From NCBI GenBank assembly GCA_903813345.2, contig CAIIXF020000001.1:11594001-11658000 (forward strand): a DNA stretch of 64,000 bases. Reading direction: 5' to 3'. The notes under the pieces were generated by a model. The model searched no databases, had not been told where the DNA came from, and saw nothing but the letters and a program-made list of their open reading frames with translations. Of this stretch, positions 50,601-62,820 are shown piece by piece (the stretch's first letter is position 1; every line of letters begins with the position of its first letter). This DNA comes from Owenia fusiformis. Lineage: Eukaryota. The translations under genes were made by a program, and so were the position numbers.

Positions 50601-53600
50601 CTTGTATTGGCTGGGCAAGTACTAGTCTTAGGAGAAACACATATTCATTCACTGGGGCAATTGTGGAACCTACAAGGGCTCAAGTGTATGTGAAGAGAGG
50701 CTCTGGGATAACTACAGTGGCGCAGCTACAAGGAAAAACAATAGGTAGTAAATATGTAATCTTATATCACAAATGAAATGTGATTTGCTGATTTACTACT
50801 TGGCTCAATCAACCTCACTATAAACATACTATGATAATTTGGTATTTGGGTTATCACAGGATTACAATTTTTCATCACATACAGGACAAAAAGTAGTTGC
50901 ACACAGTGCGGCTCCCAAATTCTCCTGGAGGAGATGTCTCAAATGTCAAAATACCCAGGGATTTTTGAAAGATGAATATATGGGCAATAATAGGGTATTT
51001 CATGATTTCCCTCTTTAACTCATTCGCTACGAAGGACATGATATGACGTCATAAAGCACATACGTTGACTACTAAGGATGTGATATCACGTCCAAGCACA
51101 AACTCAATGTATTTTTTGGAATCTTGTAACCATGACAACTTATAAAATGGGACTTTTTTATGATACTGAAAAAGTATATCATATGCTTTAAAATGATATA
51201 TAACACTATATATGTATGCCAATGTATACACTACATATATTATTTCAGAGGTATCATATATGGCAATTTTCAACAAGGCATTAACATGACAAAATGTCAC
51301 CACCTAGTTAGGTCATTGAAGGTCAAATGTCAAATCTTAAGTCAAACCTAAAGTCAGATTTGAATTTCTGAGAACACGTAGATGATTTTGAAAACATTTT
51401 TTAGTCAATTTGAAGCAAGTTGAAAAAAGACCTTATTGACCTTGAGAAGGTCATTGAAGGTCAAAGGTCAAATCTAAAGTCAGATTTGAACTTCTGAGAA
51501 CTTGTAAAGTCAAATTTGAACTTCTGAAAAGATGTAGATGATTTTGATTTGGTCAATTTGAAGCAAGTTGAAAACAGACCTTTTTGACCTTTTTTTACCT
51601 TGAGAAGGTCATTAAAGGTCAAATGTCAAATCTAAAGTCAGATTTGAATTTTTGAGAGCATGTAGATGATTTTGAAAAAAAAATTAGTCGATTTGAAGCA
51701 AGTTGAAAAAAGACCTTTTTGACCTTTTTTGACCTTGAGAAGGTCATTGAAGGTCAAATGTCAAATCTAAAGTCAAATCTAAAGTCATATTTGAATTTCT
51801 GAGAACATGTAGATGATTTTGAAAAAAAAATTTAGTCAATTTGAAGCAAGATGAAAAAATACCTTTTTTGACATTGAGAAGGTCATTGAAGGTCAAATGT
51901 CAAATCTAAATTCAGATTTGAATTTCTGAGAACATGTAGATGATTTTGTTCCTTGATTTATTGCACGTTGGTGACGTCGCACCTTTTTTGATAGATCTCA
52001 TATCTTGGAAATATATATTGGTTCAAAAATATATTCTGCCATACTTTGTGCTTATTATAAAATTAGCAATTCAATTTAAACTTTATCTTAGAAATATAAA
52101 TCTTCCAGATTTGTTGAATTTTCTAGCAGAAATCTGCTACTCCTCCCCCCCCTCCATCCATTTTTTCCAATCGCAGGGCATGAAAAACATATGCCACATT
52201 CTTTCTAATAGATGCACATACTCAAATAAACGTACACCTGACCTTTCCATGAGACTCTGCCAACTTGAGTATCAAAAATCAAGAAAAAAAGAAAAAATTC
52301 AAAAAAGTAATTAGGCGATAATAGGGTACATTATTTTTATGTCACCACCAAAAGTGGTGACATATTGTTTATGTCACCACCAAAAGTGGTGATTTATGTC
52401 ACCACCAAAAGTGGTGACATATTGTTATGGTCTCCGTTTTTTGACATTTGACATTTGACCTTCAAATCTGACTTTAGATTTGACATTTGACCTTCAATGA
52501 CCTTCTCAAGGTCAAAAAAGGTCTGTTTTCAACTTGCTTCAAATTGACTAAATTTTTTTTTAAAAATCATCTACATGTTCTCAGAAATTCAAATCTGACT
52601 TAAGATTTGACTTAAGATTTGACATTTGACCTTCAATGACCTTCTCAAGGTCAAAAAAGGTCAAAAAGGTCTGTTTTCAACTTGCTTCAAATTGACTAAA
52701 AAAAATTTTCAAAATCATCTACGTGTTCTCAGAAATTCAAATCTGACTTTAGATTTGACTTAAGATTTGACATTTGACCTTCAATGACCTTCTCAAAGTC
52801 AAAAAAGGTCAAAAAGGTCTTTTTTCAACTTGCTGACTGATTTTGTTCCTTGATTTATTGCACGTTGGTGACGTCGCACCTTTTTTGATAGATCTCATAT
52901 CTTGGAAATATATATTGGTTCAAAAATATATTCTGCCATACTTTGTGCTTATTATAAAATTAGCAATTCAATTTAAACTTTATCTTAGAAATATAAATCT
53001 TCCAGATTTGTTGAATTTTCTAGCAGAAATCTGCTACTCCTCCCCCCCCTCCATCCATTTTTTCCAATCGCAGGGCATGAAAAACATATGCCACATTCTT
53101 TCTAATAGATGCACATACTCAAATAAACGTACACCTGACCTTTCCATGAGACTCTGCCAACTTGAGTATCAAAAATCAAGAAAAAAAGAAAAAATTCAAA
53201 AAAGTAATTAGGCGATAATAGGGTACATTATTTTTATGTCACCACCAAAAGTGGTGACATATTGTTTATGTCACCACCAAAAGTGGTGATTTATGTCACC
53301 ACCAAAAGTGGTGACATATTGTTATGGTCTCCGTTTTTTTTGCGACGGCGGTTGGTGGTTGGTGGTTGGAGGTTGGCGTCCGGCATCTGTAACAATTTCT
53401 TACAACTTCCTATAACTTAACAAATACTGTTTAGACTGACTTCAATTTTTTTCTAAATCATCTACATGTTCTCAGAAGTTCAAATCTGATTTTAGATTTG
53501 ACATTTGACCTTCAATGACCTTCTCAAGGTCAAAAAGGTCTTTTTTCAACTTGCTTCACATTGACTAATTCTTTTTTCAAAATCATCTACATGTTCTCAG

Positions 53601-55674
53601 AAATTCAAATCTGACTTTAGATTTGACATTTGACCTTCAAATCTGACTTTAGATTTGACATTTGACCTTCAATGACCTTCTCAAGGTCAAAAAAGGTCAA
53701 AAAGGTCTGTTTTCAACTTGCTAAGATTTGAATTTCTGAGAACATGTAGATGATTTAAAAAAAAAAATTTAGTCAATTTGAAGCAAGTTGAAAAAAGACC
53801 TTTTTGACCTTTTTTGACTTTGAGAAGGTCATTGAAGGTCAAATGTCAAATCTTAAGTCAAATCTAAAGTCAGATTTGAATTTCTGAGAACACGTAGATG
53901 ATTTTGAAAATTTTTTTTAGTCAATTTGAAGCAAGTTGAAAACAGACCTTTTTGACCTTTTTTGACCTTGAGAAGGTCATTGAAGGTCAAATGTCAAATC
54001 TTAAGTCAAATCTTAAGTCAGATTTGAATTTCTGAGAACATGTAGATGATTTTTAAAAAAAAATTTAGTCAATTTGAAGCAAGTTGAAAACAGACCTTTT
54101 TTGACCTTGAGAAGGTCATTGAAGGTCAAATGTCAAATCTAAAGTCAGATTTGAAGGTCAAATGTCAAATGTCAAAAAACGGAGACCATAACAATATGTC
54201 ACCACTTTTGGTGGTGACATAAATCACCACTTTTGGTGGTGACATAAACAATATGTCACCACTTTTGGTGGTGACATAAAAATAATGTACCCTATTATCG
54301 CCTAATTACTTTTTTGAATTTTTTCTTTTTTTCTTGATTTTTGATACTCAAGTTGGCAGAGTCTCATGGAAAGGTCAGGTGTACGTTTATTTGAGTATGT
54401 GCATCTATTAGAAAGAATGTGGCATATGTTTTTCATGCCCTGCGGTTGGAAAAAATGGATGGAGGGGGGGGGAGGAGTAGCAGATTTCTGCTAGAAAATT
54501 CAACAAATCTGGAAGATTTATATTTCTAAGATAAAGTTTAAATTGAATTGCTAATTTTATAATAAGCACAAAGTATGGCAGAATATATTTTTGAACCAAT
54601 ATATATTTCCAAGATATGAGATCTATCAAAAAAGGTGCGACGTCACCAACGTGCAATAAATCAAGGAACAATGGTCTATATGACCTGTAATAAATAGTTT
54701 TAAGTCATGTTATTATCACAAAATTAATGTCAATGCTGGTTTTTAAGAATAAATTTCTAAGTGACAAGTGGGAGAAATTAACATAAATTCATGTATTTGA
54801 AAATAAACTCAGTAACTCAGCAACAACTGGATGTTATATCCAATGAAGAGTGAAAAATATGGACATTTGGAGTCATTGAAAATAAAGTTAAGTACATGTA
54901 ACATGTGTAACATGTCTTATAGACACATCACTCCTCCCCCCTCTGTTCACTCCCCCTCCCCTCCGTTCAGTTGTAATTATTTTCGATTATTTTTATATAA
55001 TGCACAGAAACTTACAATAGCAATTACAATAATTTTGTGATAATGTCACTTACAACTATTTATTAAAGGTTTTATAGACCTCAGTTGCTTGATTTATAGC
55101 AAAAACGTTTGCAAATTGGTAGAGTTGCGCCTTATTCAACAGATCTCACTAATAAAGTTCTAATATAACAATATATTTGTATCAATTCATATTTTACAGG
55201 CTTCCGAAAATTTTGGTTTATGGACAAATTTTGTTACTCAGCAAGTGGAATTTATGGAAGTAATTTTATGGCTAAAGAAATTGCTATAACCAGAGGATGG
55301 GTTGATGTAATGGACCAGCTGAGAGTTGGGAATGTAAGTACATTTGAAAGTAGTCAAAATACCAGTCACAAAAAACAACAATATTAATTTTCACAGAATT
55401 TTGTTTTCTATAAAACTCTCTAAAACTATGTATCCAATCTATGTAATATACCCCCTCCCTCCTTAGATTGATGCTGCCTTTTTACCAGAAGGGGAAAAAG
55501 GAACAGAAGAGTTTGAAGCTATTGGGGACTCTATTGATTGCTCATTTGGCCGCAAAGTGGGCCTGATGCAAAGAAAGGATGTCGCTACAGAATGGTTTGG
55601 AGACTGTCTCCTCAAGTTTAAACAACATGAATTTCAGGGAAAGAATGTATGGCAAATGCTATGTGACCATTGGG
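47643..55674 (+). CDS. Family-3 solute-binding-protein-like gene, copy 2 (exons 47643-47785, 50577-50744, 55200-55333, 55467-55674)
   Basis: Four GT-AG exons of 143, 168, 134 and 208 nt splice in frame: DNKTGEAIGFLHDVIKGVCGICG...LQGKTIG|FRKFW...MDQLRVGN|IDAAFLP...VGLMQRKD...WQMLCDHWG. Confidence 0.8.
47856..48066. mobile_element. MITE with 5-bp TSD AGACT
   Basis: cagtcccatagccagg / cctggctacaggcctg; empty site visible in paralog at about 32224 (agactctataac). Confidence 0.85.
48660..50010 (+). mobile_element. 5'-truncated decayed LINE (RTE-X-like 3' end)
   Basis: VNTLKTKVL, YKYLGV, ILCYGCEIW, VYGDLGRFPL, RLSSHRLKIESGRH, VEDEFHFIINC; in-frame stop at 49247; absent from copy-1 intron. Confidence 0.88.
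51310..54671. repeat. TGACCTT-family repeat array with near-identical direct and inverted duplications
   Basis: About 51946-52442 recurs at about 52842-53340; about 51946-52833 is the reverse complement of about 53785-54671. Confidence 0.9.
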
Positions 55675-55836
55675 GTAAATCATTAACTCAGACTAAAACT
55701 TTTAAATCAATGTCAGTCCATAAGAACAGCCTCATTCAAATTAAGCTCTGAACAGTTGTACTGAATAATACGTGAACACATATATCACACATTAGGTATT
55801 GTCTAATTACAGTATTTAGTCACACATATACATATA

Positions 55837-56464
55837 CAGGGTGGTCAAAAAAAGTCAACCCTTGCAATAAGCTATATCTCAAGTACTACTGGCATTATAG
55901 GCTAATGTTCTCACATGTTTTAGAGGAAGGTCTAAAGTTTTTGTGGGTACTATAAAGGTCACCCAGTCTTAAATCTAGCAGAAGTTACATGGCATCAACA
56001 GACATGCTGGATTTATGGATGATGTCCTCAATCCATGCCCCATGGTTCTGGATGACTACTGCCCATTATATAATATTATTACCACCTTGCAGGGCCTGTT
56101 CTAGGGGTTTTAGTACTAGTTGAGAAGGCATTTAAATTGCTATATTGACGTGAGCAATATTGTGTCGGGCGTTAATGACTTTAGTCGGGCAATAATGACA
56201 TTATCCGCCCGGCTATGTTTCCCGGGAAAAGTGATATCGTTCAGTGCGTAAGATTTTCTATTTCAAATTTGCTATTTCAGCCCTGGTCATTAACGGTGGT
56301 ATTAATAGTAATAACGTCATTTCTGCAGGCAAAATAGTGAAATATTGGACCAATATTTCACTATATTGCCCTTTGAAATGACGTTATTGTACTATTAGCC
56401 CATTGATGTGGTTAATAACTGAGATATAGCTTGTTGCAAGGGTTCACTTTTTTGGACCATCCTG
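55837..56464. mobile_element. Tc1/mariner MITE
   Basis: TA|CAGGGTGGTCAAAAAAAGT...ACTTTTTTGGACCATCCTG|TA. Confidence 0.85.
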
Positions 56465-59400
56465 TACATATCACAACGAGAAACACTATATAATAAACAT
56501 CAATACGACGAGATAATAGATTTATTATCCAAATTGAATAATAACTGATAAGATCAGGTACTGTTGAATAACATTCTGCCCGGGATTTGTTATTAATCAT
56601 ATAGAAATGTCTTATCCGAACAGCTTACATGTACGTATTATCCGTTGCGGCCATTAACAATTTTACATATCTAATTAGCTAAGTAAATAAACATGCGTCG
56701 ACACAGTCGCAGTTGACTATGAAAAGTTCAATCATCAATCTTATTTTCATTTTCATGATTTAAAGATTTATTATGTTTAAAAAAGAAAATGTTTGATTTT
56801 TAAATTCAACCTTTAATTCTTATTATCAAGAACGCGCATGCAAATTCGCCAACCATGTACATTGTTTGCAGTCTGCGCAATTTAATGTAAATCATTGTAT
56901 ATTTTTCGATATACTGTAATACTATTCATTATTTGTAAAATTGAACCGAATATAATCTAAAATTAATCAGCTTTAAATACATTATATGTCATAAAAGTTG
57001 CCTTAAAACAATACAATTCGATCGTGCGTTTGTAAATGCTCTAAAGCCCCGCTAGTATATGAACGAATCCTAAATAGAAATGAGTAAAATTCGTTCCCAT
57101 TAGTGTGTACACGTTCTACACCGAGACTTCTCCTTTAAATCAAATCAGTCCACTAGTATGAGTTAAGAATGGACAGAGGGACGGATGGCTTCATTCAATG
57201 GGATAATTAAGATATTTCAAAACCAGTGTCATTCTTCTATGCATACATCACTCCAATCATAACATAAAACAAGCTGTTTATTTTAAAACTATTCTTTACG
57301 AATTTATGATAAGTGTATAATGTTCAATCATACAAATCGCAGTCAGTGATTGTTCTCCACACTCACCCCTCCCCCTTCCTGACATGAACTATTTTGTAAA
57401 ACCATTGACAGTGTGGAAAGGATTCTTACACTCTAGTGTCAAGGGGGGGGGGGCAGTTACAGAAATATACAAGGCGATGGTTCAAATTGGACAATTTTCA
57501 AAACTGCTCAACATGGTGAAAACTTCACGTTTTTAAAGAATGCTTGCCCGGCGAGTGGTTTGCTCTGGATTGCGAGAGAACAAAATCTTTGAGTTAGGAT
57601 TTTTCCTAATACTATCATTAATCTAAACAACTTTTTAAACCGTCTCTGACTACATATAATGCCAATTAATACCATCATTGTGTTGACAGGATTAAATATG
57701 ATATCTATGGAATTATAATTTAATGAACTCAATAGTCTAAATGATAATAAGTTCATAATTTAGTCTTGGCTGACTAGTCTTGCATCATCAGAGTTGGATT
57801 GCAAATACCTCCCTAAATCAAATATTTAAAATTTACAAATTTACTAGTGTACGGGGTGGGGAAACAAGTCTCTATCCAAACACTAAAGTTTAAAAAGAAG
57901 ACTATAGTGTCCCGTGAATTCATTATAATTATCTTAGACAATAGTGAAGCGGTACAATCATTGGAGTGTTAATTAATCGGAATGCAAGTTTGATTTAAAA
58001 TGACTCCTTTGGATCAAATATTTAAATTCTACTAGAATGCGGGGAGTGGAAACAAGTCTCCATTCGAGCAATAAATATCAAAAGAAAGATTTCAGTACCC
58101 CTTAACTTCACTCCCGGACTTCACTATTCACCACCACCCCTCCCCCTTCCACAAGTATCCCTTATGACCCCAGAATGTTCGTTTCTGTGCCCCCCCCCCT
58201 GTCCATGGCCAGTAAGTAATCTATGTATATATTGGCTCCCTCCCAAAGGTGGGAAAACCAGATGCAGGCATAGACATTGACAAGGTGAGGGGATTTAAAT
58301 ATAAAAATAGTCTTGTTTTTGGCTCCGACTTATATATTTTGGCACTCTTTAACGAAGCCGGTTTAAGGAATGAGAGGCAGAAATAGTTCCTAGAAATAAG
58401 ATGGCCTCATCGCGATAGCCGCGACCCCTTTGTCTTTATCCTTCCACAATCGGCAGATAAGAGTGGCTCTGGCATACCAGAATGAGTTGGCCTGTCTTTA
58501 CTGTAATCAAGATATGGTACCTAACCGCAGTTATTTTGGTTTTATAACGGGGATATTGCTCGAGCTTGAATAACAAATAAAAGGCATGTTCTTATTTCTG
58601 TATTCTGACCTTTAATTGTGTATTAAGTTGAGCTGCACGCCAAACGTTAAGATTGTTAAAACGCTTAAAATAAAACTTTATTCCTCTCAATTTACATAAA
58701 AATTAAACAGATTAGATTCGAATCTCAGTCACACCAGCACCACTGGTCAAAGGAAGTACAAATATCTATATTAATCAAATGTCTGAGAATTTGATAACTG
58801 TCTGGGATCCAATGTTAATTTTATTGAAGCAAACTAAGAAAAGTATAAAGATGAATTTTAAACGTTTAGAGGGAAAAGTCAAATATGCATTGTAACCCTA
58901 AAAATAATTCATTAAAGTGTCGTACACATTTTATAACATTTATATAAATAAAACAAATAAAGCACAACCCTAATGCCCGATAATGAATTCATATCGGCGC
59001 TAAACGGCCCTTGCAATAAAAACGCATCGAAGCAGGGAATGCTTGGAAAATTCTTCCGAGACTGACTTTTGTTATTTCAAAATTGAAATATGCCTAATTC
59101 CTATGAACACGCGATCTTTTTCCCTGGGTTTTACTCTTTTTTAGATTTCCTAGAAAAATTGAAACGTTCAGTCGTAAAACTTTAGATCAAAAGACTAATT
59201 AGGCACCTGATTGCGAAAGTTTGATTGCATTTCGATCGCCGGGATTTTACAAACGTATTGTTTAGTAGCGATCGTGTTCTTGGGATCTTGATAACTTCCT
59301 ATTTTAAGTTTTGGGTTGAAAGCAATGAGTATGTCGGACTTTCTCAAGTCTACATGATGAAACAATATCCCTTTATATTAGTCCAATCGGAATTTGCATA

Positions 59401-60207
59401 AACATACCAGTTTTATATTGCAAAAAGAACTGTAATTAAAAACCTACAGGTACATAAAAGCATCATGATAAATAAAACATTAAAGCATATATAAAGCCTA
59501 TTGTTATCGCACCCATCGCCCCCCCCCCCCTCCTGGCTACGCCTATGGATATTTTGGCAACTTTCACGTTTACCCCGCCCCCTAATAATTCTTGCGCCCC
59601 CTCTAAATATCAGACCCGTCAGGCGTTGAGGCATGGATCAGGATACCCTGACTCCCAAGCTGTGCGACTTCTGGCAACCGCTACACCTATATTCCCGGGG
59701 AAAACACTTTTAGAAAAATTGTCAAATATGGTTGTGTGTGGGCAAACACGGAAGAGGAGGAGAGGGGTGAGTGCATTGTGTGCGACCCTTCATCAGTTGT
59801 GTACCTTATTTTTTGTATGAATTTCTTCCGAATAGTTATGCTAGAGGGGTTCTGATATTTATTTCTGTTTTCAAATGAAATAATTTCACCCTTGCCCGAC
59901 TGACTTGTAGATAATGCACGAATCAAATAGCATGGAGATCAGATAATCAGATTGATTCGTATTTTCGCAATCAGATGAATTAACTTATTGTTTTCTCTGA
60001 TTAAAAGGCGGTTTGAAGCTACTTTTTACAGGATTTGTAAATTCGCAATCAGACTGGCTTATTTTAATATTTAGTCAGTGCAAGAGGAGGGGACTATAAT
60101 GTAGAATTGTTTTGATTTCGACACTAACTGAATAATTTATCACAATTGTTAAATAAGCAAACAGAAGCAGGTTTAAAAATGAGAATAGAGGCAAAAAAGT
60201 CTATACA

Positions 60208-61323
60208 TAGTACCCCACACACAATTTTGTCGCCCACTTTAATGTGTTGTAGAAAGAAATCCAATGAGTATTTTCTCATGAAATTTGGCATACATTAAAT
60301 TGAAACAATTTGTGACACTCAAATTTTTTTGTTTGGGGTAATATGACTTCACCACAATTTGACATCGGTTTCTAAATTGCTACGCATTTACAGATTTGGC
60401 CTAAATTAAGCAACATTTTGAAACAATTTGTAACAAATTGAATTACAAAAACAATTTGAATATTCTGGTCAATCCTATCCTATTTAACACCATAATAATC
60501 CACAGGTAAAAGCAAAACTGAACCAAGCAGGAGTGACTGTTACATTGTTATGATGTTACCCCTGAAAGGTCACATGTTAAATCCATGTGAATCATTTCAT
60601 GTTGTCCAACAAAAGGCAAGCGGTCAGTGGCCACCTGTGAGTCATTGGACGAATATGGCCTCTCTATAGTAGGCCAACGAAATTTTGAAGAGTGCAAGCT
60701 CACTGTTAATAATGCCTTAAATGACTTAAACAAAATACAAGCAATTTCTTGAGATTATATGAGATGCGAGCTATTGAAAAAGATTTTTTAATCGAGTGAG
60801 AAAGTAGGAAATGGTGTTGTGGTAGGATGGGATAGAAATCCACGCAGGGATGTCTTTAAGTGCACTGATAAATCTTTTTAGACTTAAAGCCAACAATTCA
60901 TATGATACATGCACCTACCCATGTATTGAAAGTATCAATAGGGGTCTTCACTCTTTAACAATAATAAAACCACACTTATAATATTCCTATTTAGGAGTTA
61001 AAACATCTCCAACACATAGTAACAATATCTTACGAGAACAGATAAACCATATGTAATGCAATAAGTTTGTAATCAAAATGTAATCAAAATGATATAAACT
61101 CTCTTTGAAACTGCAAAACTGGAAATTTTAGTCGAATTATGTTAAAACATGAATATTTTAAAATTGCTTGTTTTTCGTCAATATTACTTAAATTTCCAAA
61201 TAAAAAAATGTGAGTGTCACAAAATGTCTCAAGTTAAAGTATGCCGAATTTCATAAGCAAACTCTTTTTGGATATTTTTCTACAATACATCAAAGTAGGC
61301 GACAAATTGTGTGTGGGGTACTA
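60208..61323. mobile_element. Second TAG...CTA (Academ-like) non-autonomous element
   Basis: tagtaccccacacacaatt / aattgtgtgtggggtacta; TIR similarity over more than 100 bp; flanks ACA/AAA. Confidence 0.7.
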
Positions 61324-61344
61324 AAATGTAATTAAAACCCGGGA

Positions 61345-62017
61345 ATTAAAAGCAATTTAAGACTGTTAGATGATCTCTTCTGTAATCAAGGTGATGTTGG
61401 TACACTTCCGCCGTTAGAAAAACAAAGACTAAGACAAAGACTATATAGCAATTAATCCTTTTGTAATCATTTAATGTTAGATTCTTATTATTTTGTTGGA
61501 CAATGTTCAGACTTCTGACCAAGATTAATTCATTTATCTTTGTATTTAAAAAATAGTATTGCAATCAGACAGACGTTCTAATGAGTTAGAAAAATACATT
61601 TGTCCATTTCCTCTCAAGAAGTTTTCAAAGGTAATCAAGTCGATTTGTTTGAGTGTTTGGCATTGTTTTTCATAACTTGACGCTTCTATGAACAGAATGA
61701 CTTTGAAATGAGTTTTTATAATTTTAGCTTTTATACGGACATGCTTATTGTATATTTCTATATGAACGTTGTAGTTATGTGATGTAACATCGCCCCCCCC
61801 CAAATTACAGGTATACAAATTTTGGTCGGAATGCATTAACTTGCAATTAAAAGCAATTTTAGACTGTTAGATGATCTCTTATGTAATCTAGGTGATGTTG
61901 GTACACTTCCGCATTTAAGAAAACAAGGACTAAAACAAAGAGAACTAAGCAATTAATCCTTTTGTTATCATTAAATGTTAGATTCTTATTTTTTATTGGA
62001 CAATATTAAGACTTCTG
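61345..62017. repeat. About 175-bp direct repeat pair (about 61345-61517 and 61846-62017)
   Basis: attaaaagcaattt.agactgttagatgatctctt... occurs twice. Confidence 0.8.
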
Positions 62018-62150
62018 TCTCCGATTGTTATGCAGGTATGTGTATAAAATCATGTGAACAACATTATCCTGGAAACTCCCATATTCATTCTCATATTGTC
62101 TTACAGCTATTTCGCAAATGACATAATCCTAAACAACATATGGACATAAT

Positions 62151-62820
62151 TGTTGGAATTACACATGGCGTTTTACAAAAGCTTCTTCGGTTTTAACCAG
62201 GTTTAAGAATCAGGTGTAATCACAATTTGCGGTTTTACAAAAGCGCTTTTCTAAAACTCCAAGAACCCTTGTCACTAGTAAATGGCATACGTCGGTAGGC
62301 GTTTTAAGTGTGCAGTGTAATACCGATCGGTTTTTCTAAGACGCCTTACCCGGGTTTTTACTAGTTTTTAACATTTGCCCTAAACGAAATAAGACCTTAT
62401 ATCTAAATGAAAAATGGATGATGGTCGCCAGGTCACATCAAAAACAAGTGTTATCTTTAGAGAATATGTACATTTTTTTCTTTTTCCTTTTTATTATGTT
62501 TTCTCATAATTAATAAAACATAAATAAAAATTATGCAATGTCATGCATTTTTAATCAAATTATGGAAGATCAGTTTTGTCTTAGATGCAAAAAGAATACA
62601 TTTACAGGAGATGTAGGCTACACATACATGTATGCTGGATATTATCCATAACTACACGTACATCGTTAAAAGTGCACGAAAGGCGTTTTAGAAAAAACAC
62701 GTGTTATTCCAAAATATAATTCCTAAGCCGCTTTAGAAATGTTGGTGAAATCAGAATGGCGATTTTGTAAAGCGCCTTCCACTAAAACGTTTTAGCGGAT
62801 TTTGTGGTGTAATTCCAGCA
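62151..62820. mobile_element. Old MITE
   Basis: tgttggaattacac / gtgtaattccagca terminal pair. Confidence 0.5.

Noticed and set aside
50860-50994. Extra SBP exon after exon B (also near 33195)
   Set aside because: Stops in the required phase-1 frame; the 55200 exon continues the fold correctly
51940-54671. Repeated 87-124-aa ORFs
   Set aside because: Chance ORFs within duplicated repeat blocks; no motifs or splice support
47643-55674. Bacterial contamination as source of the SBP-like sequence
   Set aside because: Split by GT-AG introns containing animal transposons
58890-59900. Possible promoter or first exon (AACCCTAA motifs, higher CpG)
   Set aside because: No supportable exon or ORF; could be repeat-derived
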